Assembly (NCBI RefSeq): GCF_003918875.1
Contig: NW_025767662.1
Span: 186,001 to 250,000, forward strand
Origin: Haliotis rubra
Taxonomy: Eukaryota
Length of the DNA: 64,000 nucleotides
Direction: 5' to 3'
In this document: in pieces, positions 1-12,514 of the stretch
Numbering within the stretch: position 1 is the first letter of the stretch
How the letters are laid out: the number at the start of each line of letters is the position of its first letter
Notes under the pieces: model-generated
What the model was told of the DNA's origin: nothing
What the model saw: only the letters and a program-made list of their open reading frames with translations
Databases searched by the model: none
Made by a program: the position numbers and the translations under genes

Positions 1-300
1 CACGTCACGATGTAATCCGTTTCTAAATGAACGACCCCCTTGTACGATCTATTGGGCCCCCTCAACGCTTGCTATCTAAATTTATGATTTAAATACAGCT
101 TTGATTATATTCCCTGAACTCGGACCCTGTGAGCTATCTTTGTTTGGGTAATTATCAAATTTTCCGTCGAAATGTCAGGCAAATTGCTCAAGGCTATTGA
201 GGGTGACAGGGACGTTATTGTGGCTTCTAATTAGGAGCCTACGCAAGTGATCTGACGTTAAGGAGAGAACCTACCTACTGGTATCACCTTCTTTCACCAT

Positions 301-433
301 NNNNNNNNNNNNNNNNNNNNNNNNNNNNNNNNNNNNNNNNNNNNNNNNNNNNNNNNNNNNNNNNNNNNNNNNNNNNNNNNNNNNNNNNNNNNNNNNNNNN
401 NNNNNNNNNNNNNNNNNNNNNNNNNNNNNNNNN
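301..433. other. Assembly gap (133 N)
   Basis: Run of N characters. Confidence 0.99.
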
Positions 434-465
434 AGGAACAAAATATTAGATTGAAGCATATTATT

Positions 466-948
466 TAGGGGTGACTATTGAGGGGGAAACAACTATTGCG
501 ATAGCGATTGTGTATTGCAACCTACTTTTGCGTTAGCGGTAGTCCATTGCGATCAACTAATGCAATACCATGCACAGTATTGCAATAGTTTTTGTTCTCC
601 TTGAATTGTCTCATTTGAAGCCATTTCCGAAATGAATGTATAGTTTATATGAAATAAAACCAGCTGAAATAGATTCAGTCTCTATTCATAACTGACAAGA
701 AACTTGAAACCCAGATCAAGTTTGTTTAAGAGGTAACAGGGGTGGATAACTCTGAATCAAAGTGAACGAATTTGGTACTTCCTGTATTTTGCGCTACGTA
801 TTTATCCACGAAAGTCAATTACTAAACTATCGATAGTCACACATACAATCGATGCATCGATAGTTTTTCGTTTCTACCATCGATTAATTGCTATCGGAGA
901 CTCAACAACTGCAATCCATCGATAGTTCGATGCATTGTTACAGCCCTA
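466..948. mobile_element. Degenerate hAT-like non-autonomous element (TAGGG...CCCTA)
   Basis: Ends TAGGGGTG / CAGCCCTA; subterminal (T)ATTGC/ATCGAT repeats like the element at 21637-22025; flanking 8-mers match only 5/8. Confidence 0.55.
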
Positions 949-3311
949 GTATCAATGCTCCAGATTGTCACGTTCTGGGTGATTTCTTGAAGAGGTTATC
1001 ATTCCTGTGGTTTTCAACATTGTTTGAAATTTGCCATAGTAACATTATCAGCATCACATTTTAACATCACGACACCTTACATAACAAAGACCATTTTTGC
1101 CACTGGGCTTTACCTTATCCTTGTACTGACAGGGAAATCGAAAACATACACACATAAACATGCCAACAATGTTTGTGTAAATGATTTAATTTCATTTGAG
1201 AACATTCTGGCGAGCATAATACCGTTCAGACACCATTTTGAATGCTTTCTAAATATCCTTAATTATCTTCGCTAAGTGAATAAGACGTGTAATGATTACC
1301 CATACATTAAAGGTTCCGTGTTTTCAATTACTGCCAGAAACTGAAAACCAATAACTCAAGTTGAAATGTATTTCAGCATAACTCTTTAGCTAGACCTATA
1401 CATGTTGTAATACCAGAACGCATGTTTCGTTCATGGCTGCCACGTGGGTATGATCCGTCCTTAAGAACCGCGGGTTGTTGCCAAGGTATTGACGTCATTA
1501 CAGCGCTGCCAATACTTTTAGCTGCAACTAATGATGCCGTCCTTCCCCCACTTTGTAATCTATGACGGAAACGGGAATCAACAAAAATCCGTCTCTCAGT
1601 GCTCTTAATATAACATATCACCCTCAGAGCTCACCTATTGTCCCCGTGATCCATCGTTCTGTATTGACCTTTCAAGGGTCAATGTCACGGAATTGTTTCC
1701 TAGTCGATCTGCTTCTGTTGAAGGAGTCCCCATTGAGGCACTGTTGGTTGTGTATTGTGTATTGAATTATAAGGGCACTATTAATTTCGAACGTGTATAT
1801 CCCTTTCAGTCCTCCCAGCAGGAAATGGGTACCCGGTGGGATAAGTCATGTGACTATAATCTGCAAGCGCCAAACAGGCAGCTTGGGTTATCCAGGGTAA
1901 TAATGTGCTCTGCTATTCATTGTTTGCGCTATGAGCATACCTGATGTGGAGATTGGCGCAATATAAATGGATACATAATTATCATTAAAATCCGGACGAT
2001 GTCATTTTTCGGCGACTAATAAAACAGTTATACCGGACAAAACCAACAATTATGGATCGTCTTCGATCTTGATTCGCCACGTTTTAAATTAGCCTCTCGA
2101 TAATAAGACATTTAAGAAACGTATTTCATCTTCAGGGCAATGACTCATCGTATCAATCGATATAGACGTTGTGTTCGCTGTGGAAGTCAGCGCACAAATA
2201 AGGTTTCCTGAACGTGGTCTTACAAATCCGTGTTTAGAACGTGAGCTCTTGGCATATGTTTCGTTAAAAATATCAGTGTGGCATTTCATCTTATTTCAGC
2301 GTAGACAAATGATTCCGCTGCAAGAACTTTAAGGTCTTCAGACCATATTTAGTTGATGATGAGAAATCAGTATAGCTACTGACCTTCCTGTCCCCGTGCC
2401 AGTCGATATGGCGGAACTGTCAGGAATAAAGGACATGGATACACAACCGAACAAATGTTTACAACACACCGGAGACACTTTTGCAGGGTCGTATTTTAAT
2501 TTCGCTTATGACAATTAAGAATGTATTGAGGCTTTGTTCAAAATGATAGCCCATCCTTTGAGCTAATATAAACATATGAACCAATACCATACTAAACAAC
2601 ACATAAACCATTCCAGTCTTTGAAAGCAATAATGACATTCCAGCACCAAATGTAACGTCTCTCCCTTTTATTAAAACCCCCAAAGAACAAGTCTTTTGCC
2701 TTTTGCTATTTTAACGTCTATTTTCTGACGTTTGTAAAAAAAACTATTTGATACGAAATAAGATTAGCGGCCTTGGGACTAACATAAAAATCAACCCTGT
2801 ACCTCTTTACAGTATGTTATACGTGGCTTAACATGGATTGTTTGTTCTCAATAGCGTCTAAAGGAGAAACCATGTTTTTACCTTGCAGTGATGGTTTACT
2901 GACGTATAGGGACATCGGCCCATTATACCGTATAGGGCTGGATTACGTGCGTCTGGACGGGGCTCAGAACAGCCACTAGTAATGCATGCAACACACATGA
3001 CACTGTTGATACTGATTACATAATGCATAAATAATAGAACTGACAGTTGGCACTTCCTTCAAATAAGAGCTGCGTTCCTTAAGGGCTAGAACAATAATTA
3101 GTCTGTTCAAACCATCAGTGTCTATAAAATAGCAGTTGAAGCTTGGCGTGGAGGGGAGATATGCAATAGAGGTTGGGAACAATAGATTTCCCGTAAACGA
3201 GAATACAAGGGACGTTCCAACAGACATGAAGCACAGATTCAGTGTAAGAGATATGCAAGATGGACAATTACAGCTGTAAGAACGTAGTAACGCCCATATC
3301 GTTCATTCACT

Positions 3312-3900
3312 ATTCTTTGATGGGTATGGCCGTATGTACGTTATATTGCTGTATATATCTTTGATGGGTATGGCTGTATGTGTTTTTGGTGGATATTGCT
3401 GAATCTATCTTTGATGAATATTGCTGTATATATATTTGATGGGTATTGTTGTATACATCTTTGGTGGGTATTGTTGTATATATCTTTGATGGGTATGGCT
3501 GTATACATCTTTGATGGGTATGGCTGTATGTGTCTTTGGTGGATATTGCTGAATCTATCTTTGATGAATATTGCTGTATATATATTTGATGGGTATTGCT
3601 GTATACATCTTTGGTGGGTATTGCTGTATACATCTTTCATGGGTATTGTTGTAGACATCTTTGATGGGTATTGCTGTATACATCTTTGCTGGAATATTGC
3701 TAACACTGATAAATTATATACATCTTTGATGGATGTGATGTATACATCTTTGCTGAAATATTGCTAAAGCGGCGTAAAACCCAACTCACTCACACACTCA
3801 CTCAGTCTTTGATGGGTTTTGCTGTATACATCATTGATGGGTATTGCTGTGTGCATCTTTCATGGGTTTTGCTTTATACATGTTTCGTAGGAATTGTTGT
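3312..3900. repeat. 25-bp minisatellite (TATTGCTGTATACATCTTTGATGGG) with a 150-bp higher-order repeat, interrupted by a SINE tail at ~3753-3805
   Basis: Direct tandem units; the variant block starting at 3361 recurs at 3511; SINE tail ..GCGGCGTAAAACCCAACTCACTCAC flanked by TCTTTG. Confidence 0.9.
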
Positions 3901-4669
3901 ATATATTGTTTATCGTTTGTCCAAGGTTATCGATTTGTTCAGAATCACAAGAACATCCCTTGACTATATTTGCATTTTAAAACTATTTTGTATAGACGCA
4001 TATCAAAGCCATTTTAGAAGCCCTTGTTTTCCCGAGACTGCACGGTCGTCCTAGGCGTCTAAAATCGCCGTTGTGATGACACAATCCCATGGTCGTAATC
4101 ACGTTATGGCAGCAATATTGCCGACACTATGTATATTTTAACTCTCTCACAAAGAATACTCTCAGCATCGTTGTATCAGCAACTCGCCGTGATTATGAAT
4201 CAGACTGAGCTGGCAAGAATGATGTAATTCAAACATGGCAACCTTTGATCCACCGAGAAAATCAAAATAAATATGTATAAACTCTTGTCAAACCTCTTTG
4301 GGAAATATAGGGAAAGAAGGGACACAGATATTGACGGGGATGGATACATTAAAAGTGCTATACACCAAAACAATATGATATGAATAGATAGAGTGTGGAG
4401 GTAGCGAAGTCCACCCCTATCGGGATTCAGATGTGCTACATTCGGCCACAGAGTAACATATACACGATAATCAAGGACAAACATCAATTAAAGGGGGACT
4501 GCGCTCGGTTTCATTGGCAGTCCTGACAAATTGCATGTATGCTGTACAAACATACCTTGTCAAATTTGAATGCTATATGATATGGTTGCAATACTGCAAA
4601 TGTAATGTAAAATGTTTAACAGGATTCATGCTACGTGTAAGCTACGACGTGTTACGGGGGAGTAAGTTT

Positions 4670-4870
4670 CCTGCGGGAGGAAATCCCGGAGTAAGGAAGG
4701 CCTCAGATGTTTACCAGTTGGGTGAAACCCACAAACACGAGTATGGTGCTGACTAACCTGGAAACAGAGGTAGGGTGAACCTGGATTTGAATCCACGATC
4801 ATAGGTTCCTGGCGTGCCAAAGGGACGCAACCTTTCCCGGCCACTTGCGTCGCTTTACATGACTGGGCCA
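4670..4870 (-). mobile_element. Degenerate V-domain-like SINE
   Basis: Minus strand has B-box-like GGATTCAAATCC, then GTGGGTTTC...TACTCCGGGATTTCCTCCCGCA, resembling the V-SINE central domain. Confidence 0.4.
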
Positions 4871-5304
4871 AACGTTTTACCCGTAATACCCATTACTTAC
4901 ACGGGTTATGATTCACATTTCTGGAAAATAAAATAAAAAATGATTCACATTTTGCTTTCACGCCAGATATAACTGATAACACCGTATATGAAACGTATCA
5001 GACTGGCGCTGAACTGAAATACCGGGATTGTTATAAGTATATAACAGTACATACATTTGGCTCAGTGCCAGTTGGTTAATTCAATGAACGTATTCATGGT
5101 TACAGTGGCACTTCTAAAATCAACATTATTCTTGCATTGTGCCATTCTTTTAGCTCATATAATATTGAACAGGAAAAAGGCCTGGATGTCAGCCATTTTG
5201 ACACTTCGATTTAAAATCACAATGATTTATTAATGTTTTCCCAAATTCAAATATATCGCTCCCAGAATATATCTTGATGCGTATCACACCTTATTCTTTG
5301 CTAT

Positions 5305-5483
5305 GGGTGGGTTAGACTTGTGGTAAAGTTTTACCCTCGTCAACCTTGAGGACCGGGTTCGATTCCCATAATGAGTGTACCATGTGAAATCAATTTCTGG
5401 TGTCCTCCGAAGCGATATTGGTGGAATATTGATAAAAGCAGCGTAAAATCATACTCGCTCACTCACTCACTCACTCACTCACA
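5305..5483 (+). mobile_element. Family A tRNA-derived SINE (degenerate)
   Basis: GGGTTCGATTCCC B box, ATTTCTGGTGTCC body, GCGTAAAA + (ACTC)n tail. Confidence 0.8.
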
Positions 5484-5632
5484 CAAATAACAAACTCGAG
5501 TACACAGGACACATCTACATTTTACCTCCATGAACGATAGGTCAAACAGTTCCTCATCACTACTGACGTATAGCAGGTCTCAATCGAATTCCGGTTCATG
5601 AGAGACTGACATAGATTTTAACAATAACAATA

Positions 5633-5843
5633 ACAATATTCCAGCTATATGGCGGTGGTCTGTAAATAATCGAATCTGGGCCAGACAATCCAATGATCAA
5701 CAGCATGGGCATCGATCAGCGCAATTGGAATTCGATGACATGTGTTAGCCAAGTCAGCGAGCATGACCACCCGATCCCGTTAGTCGCCTTTTACGACAAG
5801 CATGGGTTGCTGAAGACCTATTCTCACCCGGATCTTCACGGGT
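5633..5843 (-). mobile_element. Family B retroposon (non-tRNA structured head)
   Basis: Reverse complement starts ACCCGTGAAGATCCGGG...GCTTGTCGTAAAAGGCGACTAACGGG; aligns with the 16232 copy. Confidence 0.88.
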
Positions 5844-6054
5844 GTTTGCCAAAGATAGTAGTGAGAACTATTACATGTCTTAGCTACTTGGTGGACTTAC
5901 GGTAAAGCCATGAACTGCTATGGGCGGTTATTTTTCTGAGGAGAAACATTTATTAAAGGATCCCGTTGTACTGTACGAGATTATCTATTATGCTGGTGAT
6001 AAAAACTGAATTAAGGTGAGAATGATAAGCACGTCCTCTTTGCAAATGATTATG

Positions 6055-6400
6055 AGGCGGTAGGGTAGCCTAGTGGTTGACGCTTTCGCTCGCCAAACGA
6101 AAGGTGCAGGTTCGATTCCACTCATTAGCTCAGCGTGCGATCGCCCATTTCTAGTGTCCTCCAGGGACGGTGGGGTAGCCTAATGGTTAAAGCGTTGGCT
6201 CGTCACGCCGAAGACCAGAGTTCGAATCCCCACATGGGTACAATGTGTGAAGCCCATTTCTGGTGTCCCTCGCTGTGATGTTGCTGGAATATTGCTAAAA
6301 GCGGCGTAAAACCAAACTCAGTCAGTCAGTCAGTCTAGTGTCCTCCACAATGATATTGCTGGATGATGGCTAAAAGCGACGTAAAATTATTCTCAATCAT
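6055..6400 (+). mobile_element. Old family A SINE with a younger family A SINE (6164-6333, (CAGT)n tail) nested in it
   Basis: 14-bp TSD TCTAGTGTCCTCCA at 6150-6163 and 6334-6347; A box TAGCCTAATGG, B box GTTCGAATCC. Confidence 0.92.
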
Positions 6401-7100
6401 TAACAATTGTTACTGTTTGTATACAAATATATAGCCCAGTGGCCCAAGTGGACACCTCTTCCCTTTTTTGAAATCCTGCATCCGACCTTGAATCCTCTTC
6501 CAGATAATTGAAGCACTCCCGTGAACAAAAAAATCAAATAATCATTTAACTTAGTATAAAACAACATCAATACTCGACATATAAACGTATAAAACTTATC
6601 CATCTATGCCTTTGTTAGGACACGCTGCCACACACCTTTAACTGGTGTTTACGAGACGTCGTCCGCTGACCGCTAGCTCACCCTGTCACGTGGTCAGCCT
6701 TGATCAAACTTTCGCTCCCAATCACAACCGTGCAAATATGAAGGTCTTGGTCCGAGTTTATATGTTACAGGCAGATTTTCACTGTGTAAACATGCCCCGC
6801 TACGCCTCTACAATTAAAGGGCGTAATTGGAGCTTTAACGTGTCCTTGTCAGTCAGTAAGCACTGGAATCAAATATACGTGCATCGATTTGTGTGATGTG
6901 ACCTTCACTGGGGCACAAGAACCGGGATACGCAGGGAGCGAACTTGTTGATCGCAAAGTTACATATTTGGCTACTGTTGGCGAGATATTTTGCCGAAACC
7001 TTGGCAGCTCCACACACTGATGTGTACGTTGATTCTGGTATGATTCCAGGTGTTAGAACATTAGTGCATCAGAGTGTTTCTCTATTATCATGAACTGGTC

Positions 7101-7265
7101 CGGGCTGTGGGGTAGCCTAGTGGTTAAAACGTTCGCTCGTCACGCCGAACACCCGGGTTCGATTCCCAAAATGGGTACAAGGTGTGAAGCCCATTTCTGG
7201 TGTCCCCCGCCGTGATATTGCTGGAATATTGCTAAAAGCGCCGAAAACCATGCTCAATCATTCAC
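7101..7265 (+). mobile_element. Family A SINE
   Basis: GGGGTAGCCTAGTGGTTAAA...GGGTTCGATTCCC...GCTGGAATATTGCTAAAAGCG. Confidence 0.92.
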
Positions 7266-7462
7266 TATGAACTGCTACCGAACAACCTATGCAGGTAGTA
7301 AGAGGCCAATAAATGGATGGTAACTGGGTTGATTGCGTGGCAATGTACCCTGCGGGCATGGAGCGTTGTTCACAGTGTCAGTCACTTGATTGCCTTCTCG
7401 AATCTCTATTATTGTTACAGACCTGCGTGATATATTTGTAATATTGCGAAGTGGGTTATTAT

Positions 7463-7648
7463 TAGACTAACAACTAGTCTCTGAAATGAACATATTTTAC
7501 AGACAAAACGTTTAAAGTAAAAATATAAAAATATAATGAAAAGGAGCCCTGAGATGTTCTTCATTAAGCTGTAGAAATCTAGACTTGCCACATTTTCTAG
7601 ACTTGGGCTTTCTTGGATATATTTGCTCAGGGCCTGTATGACAGACTA
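7463..7648. mobile_element. Non-autonomous DNA transposon, TAG...CTA ends, 9-bp TSD (family C1)
   Basis: Perfect TSD GGTTATTAT (7454-7462 / 7649-7657); paralogues at 8676, 32393, 54125, 57867. Confidence 0.9.
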
Positions 7649-7668
7649 GGTTATTATGTATATTACAT

Positions 7669-7900
7669 AGATTCAGACGAGGTTGCCTTTAATTAATGAT
7701 CGAAATGGGAAGGCACATTGGCATCGATACAGATAGTCGCGTGTGCAGATGTTGTCGTCAGTTTAGAATGGGTCTAGTTGAAATGAATATAATTTGAAAC
7801 TTGTATGACTTGTGCGATTTATGAAACATCAACCCAATATGCTGCTTTTCGAAAACATTTAAACGCTTGAAGTCTCCTTATGATAAAACTATTTTTGTGC
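7669..7900 (+). pseudogene. Decayed non-LTR retrotransposon ORF2 C-terminus (CCHC-knuckle region, RTE-X-like); duplicate at ~8887-9100
   Basis: Reads RFRRGCL*LMIEMGRHIGIDTDSRVCRCC...LVE, resembling the RFR..H.L.IE.GR.....R.C..C....EDE.HF motif; has a stop and a frameshift. Confidence 0.65.
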
Positions 7901-8313
7901 AGTTGCGGACTATATAAGTGACTTCATCAATAATTAATTCTATTTCTGTAATCTGACAGTTTTATATATGACCTTTAACTGGAATTAAGGATATATATTC
8001 ACTCACGCACGCACGCACGCACGCACATACACACACATTTGCCTACCGTATTGTCATTTCTTTTATGGCACATATGTACATGTATATACGTTAGAAAAAC
8101 GGAATAAATAATCTGTCAGAATAATTAATTTTTCTTTTAGTCAACAAATAATGTTCAAATCAGACACGTCCTCTGTAAAGAAAGTTCAGTCACATTCTAA
8201 ACATATAATTTTGATTGAAACAATCATTTAAATTTAAATTAAGACGGAGCCCCAGCGTTGCTGGAGATTCAGCCTGAAGGTGAGGAAATCTAGACTTGAT
8301 TAATTCAGGGCTA

Positions 8314-8478
8314 GGGGCGGCGGGGTAGCCTAGTTGTTAAAGCGTTCGCTCGTCACCCTGAAGACCCAGGTTCGATTCCCCACATGGGTACAAGGTGTGA
8401 AGCCCATTTCTGGTGTCCCCCGCCGTGATATTGCTGGAATATTGCTAAAAGCGCCGAAAACCATGCTCAATCATTCAC
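8314..8478 (+). mobile_element. Family A SINE, chimeric junction copy
   Basis: 5' part matches the 10065 copy; 3' part matches the 7101 copy. Confidence 0.9.
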
Positions 8479-8675
8479 TATGAACTGCTACCGAACAACC
8501 TATGCAGGTAGTAAGAGGCCAATAAATGGATGGTAACTGGGTTGATTGCGTGGCAATGTACCCTGCGGGCATCGAGCGTTGTTCACAGTGTCAGTCACTT
8601 GATTGCCTTCTCGAATCTCTCTTATTGCTACAGACCGACGTGATATATTTGTAATATTGCGAAGTGGGTTATTAT

Positions 8676-8866
8676 TAGACTAACAACTAGTCTCTGATAT
8701 GAACATATTTTACAGACAAAACGTTTAAAGTAAAAATATAAAAATATAATGAAAAGGAGCCCTGAGATTTTCTTCATTAAGCTGTGGAAATCTAGACTTG
8801 CCACGTTTTCTAGACCTGCGTGGGCTTTCTTGGATATATTTGCTTCAGGGTCTGTATGACAGACTA
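8676..8866. mobile_element. Family C1 9-bp-TSD element (duplicated copy)
   Basis: Same ends and GGTTATTAT TSD as 7463-7648. Confidence 0.9.
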
Positions 8867-9511
8867 GGTTATTATGTATATTACATAGATTCAGACGAGG
8901 TTGCCTTTAATTCATGATCGAAATGGGAAGGCACATGGCATCGATCCAAATAGTCGCGTGTGCAGATGTCGTCAGTTCAGAATGGGTCTAATTGAAATGA
9001 ATATATTTTGAAACTTGTATGACTTGTGAGATTTATGAAAAATCAACCCAATATGCTGCTTTTCGAAAACATTTATACGCTTGAAGTCTCCTTATGATAA
9101 AACTATGTTTGTACAGTTGCGGACTATATAAGTGACTTCATCAATAATTAATTCTATTTCTGTAATCTTACAGTAATGACCTTTAACTGGAATTAAGGAT
9201 ATATATTCACTCACGCACGCACGCACATACACACACATTTGCCTACCGTATTGTCATTTCTTTTATGGCACACGTGTACATGTATATACGTTAGAAAAAC
9301 GGAATAAATAAGCTGTCAGAATAATTAATTTTTTTTAGTCAACAAATAATGTTCAAATCAGACACGTCCTTTGTAAAGAAAGTTCAGTCAAATTCTAAAC
9401 ATATAATTTTGATTGAAACAATCATTTAAATTTAAATTGAGACGGAGCCCCAGCGTTGCGGGAGATTCAGCCCGAAGATGAGGAAATCTAGACTTGATTA
9501 ATTCAGGGCTA

Positions 9512-10062
9512 CAGTCCGTTTGAGTCAGAAACGGACCGATGAATTGCAAATTTTATCATTGTACAAAATTGCCCCATAAATATAAATAGTACACATGTTA
9601 ATCATTTACTAATACCCAACAGCTTTCTTATATTTGAAAATTTTCCGGACTCCACCAAAAAAGTTCTTTAAGAAACTATCATTAAAATTTTGACACAGTT
9701 CACTATTTGTTACGAGGGAGGAGTGCAGAGAAAGGGACAGCCAGGTGTGCGAGAAAGGATGGAGATGGCACAGCACAGACTAATGAATCAATAACTTGGT
9801 GGGCACTTGTGCACGTGCTTCTCTAACACCTGGCTGTCCCTTTCTCTGCACTCCTCCCTCGTAACAAATAGTGAACTGTGTCAAAATTTTAATGATAGTT
9901 TCTTAAAGAACTTTTTTGGTGGAGTCCGGAAAATTTTCAAATATAAGAAAGCTGTTGGGTATTAGTAAATGATAAACATGTGTACTATTTATATTTATGT
10001 GGCAATTTTGTACAATGATAAAATTTACAATTCATCGGTCCGTTTCTGACTCAAAAGGACAG
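9512..10062. mobile_element. Foldback MITE with ~237-bp inverted arms and TA TSD (Tc1/mariner-type)
   Basis: Arms 9512-9748 and 9826-10062 are near-perfect reverse complements; TA on both sides; empty TA site at 8312-8313 in the duplicated copy. Confidence 0.95.
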
Positions 10063-10064
10063 TA

Positions 10065-10235
10065 GGGGCGGCGGGGTAGCCTAGTTGTTAAAGCGTTCGC
10101 TTGTCACGTCGAAGACCCGGGTTCGATTCCCCACATGGGTACAATGTGTACAGCCCATTTCTTTCGTCCATCGCAGCGATATTGCTGGAATATTGCTAAA
10201 AGCGGCGTAAAACTAAACTCACACACTGACTCACT
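10065..10235 (+). mobile_element. Family A SINE
   Basis: A/B boxes and GCGGCGTAAAACTAAACTCAC tail. Confidence 0.92.
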
Positions 10236-10601
10236 TTTTGCATTAGAGCAAGGGCTGAGTTGAAAGTTATATGTTTCCGGGACTATGAGACAGGCTATGG
10301 CTAAGGCTAAAGGGTATGTTGAGAAACATTGATTGCGTATATGACCTCAGGGAGGTCATCTTCAGAGGTTCATGTAAATGTTTATTGGTGTGAAGAGGTC
10401 ACTCAGATCATTGTTTATTTGAGCGATACAAATCAAACACGCGGCCCACTGACCGAAAGGTACACAAAACCACAGCTGGAGTGGAAAATAACACTTCTGT
10501 GATACGTAATTAATTCTACATTCAGGGGGTCAAATAGTTTGTTATACAGATCCTCAAACAAATATATTCAATACAGCAAATACAAATCTATACATGTATT
10601 A

Positions 10602-10926
10602 CAGTCCGTTCGATTTCATTTGAGACCGATGAATTGCTCACTATCACAAAATCTAATAATCGCAACAAAACCAAATTTTGATGTCACTTTTCTCATTTTT
10701 TCACGAGGGGGGACCACTTGCAGGTAGAGCAGCCAGGTCTGTGAGTTGCACGTGTGAAATTGAAATTTCATGGCACACGCTTGTTGAATACCTGGCTGTT
10801 CTACCACCAAGTGGTCCCCCCTCGTGAAAAAATGAGAAAAGTGACATCAATATTTGGTTTTGTTGCGATTATTAGATTTTGTGATAGTGAGCAATTCATC
10901 GGTCTCAAATGAAATCGAACAGACTG
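10602..10926. mobile_element. Foldback MITE (~135-bp arms, TA TSD) related to 9512-10062
   Basis: TA-CAGTCCGTT...GACCGATGAATTGC start; inverted right arm ending AGACTG-TA. Confidence 0.92.
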
Positions 10927-10960
10927 TATGTAATACACCGGTCTCTCCCCCACCCCACCA

Positions 10961-11137
10961 CCCTCGTAAGAAATAGCGAAAAGTGACAACAAAATAATGA
11001 TCGTTTGTGAAACAACTTATTTATTCGGGTGACCGAAATTATGAGGATAATCATCAGAGTTGGTCTGTGGATTTAATGTGACTGTGCAAAGTTTGATTTT
11101 GTTGCATTTATTAGATTTTGTGTTAGTTAGCAATTCA
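10961..11137. mobile_element. Single-arm fragment of the same foldback group; homologous arm at 23055-23259
   Basis: CCCTCGTAAG...GCAATTC shared between both loci; the 23055 copy ends CAAACGGACTATA. Confidence 0.75.
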
Positions 11138-11633
11138 TGCTGCTTTGTATCATGTTTGTATTGAGCTGATTTTACAATATTATTTTCTGTGAAATAATTT
11201 CATTTCAGAGACTAGATGTTAGTGTTGGGACCAAGTTATCTGTTGTTCTTAACAACTCGTGTATCGATATCTGATCAGAGAACGGTTCTTCTCGGACTCC
11301 AAAGGACAATGTATGAGCGCCATTTTTGGCCCCCCATGTATCCATAATGAAATAAATGCGACAAAACTGTTTCCATAAGTAATCTCTGTTAAAAGCACAG
11401 TCGATTATACAATTCCGACTATATTTTGAGCACGTGTTTGTTTAACGCCGCAGTCGGCAATATTACAGCAGTAGGAGAGCGGTGTGTGAATTATCAAGTC
11501 TGGACCAGACTATCCATGATTGACATCCATTCGTCACCACTCGCCCCTTTCCGTAACCTCCAAGGTATTCGGCTTGTCCCGGAATAACACGAGATGGTCA
11601 CGAATGGATTGACATCACGACCATGGTTTTATG

Positions 11634-11831
11634 TATCTGTCTCACAGTCCCTGAACCACATTATTGTCCCTACTTCCCAGCCCTCCCTGCAATGCTAAAG
11701 CCCTAAATGAAGTACGTCTATATTTCCCAAAGGTCCTTAATATCCCATTTCACTGGGGTTCCTTTTCAATTTAAATGGGTTTATTTGTTCCAATCAATAT
11801 CATATATATTCAGGGACTGAGCGTTAGTGTA
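11634..11831. mobile_element. Family C2 element (sister of C1), 9-bp TSD
   Basis: TSD GGTTTTATG / GGTTTTATA (8/9); TCTGTCTCACAGTCCCTGAA start, GACTGAGCGTTAGTGTA end. Confidence 0.85.
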
Positions 11832-12514
11832 GGTTTTATAAACCACTATCAAATAGTGATGATACCAGGTGTTCGCGAAAAGGTGAGCGTGTCCTGCCCA
11901 ACCTGTGGCATCCGTCATGAATACACGCAAAGGCTACTCAATTTTCAACTGAAAACATTTCGGGAACGTATGATAAAAGTCAAAATTGGGAAACGCATCG
12001 AACATCATTTTTGTCACTGATACATTAAAAATAAAAGTGATCCACGTGTTTACAATAAAATTGTTTTAAACCTTTATTGAGGCCTTGAATGCCTTTCAAA
12101 ATGATAAAGAAGATACCGGAACGAAATCTAGCCTTTGTTCATTTAATAATAAATATATACCATGTATGTCGTGCATCACACGAGCATGGTGTAATGGTAG
12201 CTACCGTTATGTGGTATGTCGAGATGGTGAAGCTCCGTGTCGCTACATTTTAATGCCTGACAGAAGAAAGTACACTTGAAACCTGCATCGGACCACAGAC
12301 AACAAACGTTATCAAAACGTTACTAGGTTGAAAACAATCGCGGAAATTCTGCAACCTTAAGGTGCGTAACATAACTGTGATACCGTCATCACATACATCG
12401 CTGTATAACCAATAGGTGTCTGTTTCATTCCAGCAGTCATCTAACAGGGATATATGTTTAGTTTTGTGGTCAGTTAATATCACCCAACATGCACTGGCCT
12501 ACATTCTCTACATG

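Larger units (their letters stand above)
7101..9511. repeat. ~1.2-kb tandem duplication (7101-8313 / 8314-9511)
   Basis: Two colinear, highly similar copies, each with SINE A + degenerate SINE B + 9-bp-TSD element + LINE remnant. Confidence 0.95.

Noticed and set aside
265-300. Possible minus-strand exon end (MVKEGDTS.. followed by GTAGGT donor)
   Set aside because: Only 30 nt next to a gap; cannot be supported.
3310-3767. Overlapping 107-129-aa ORFs
   Set aside because: 25-bp minisatellite translations.
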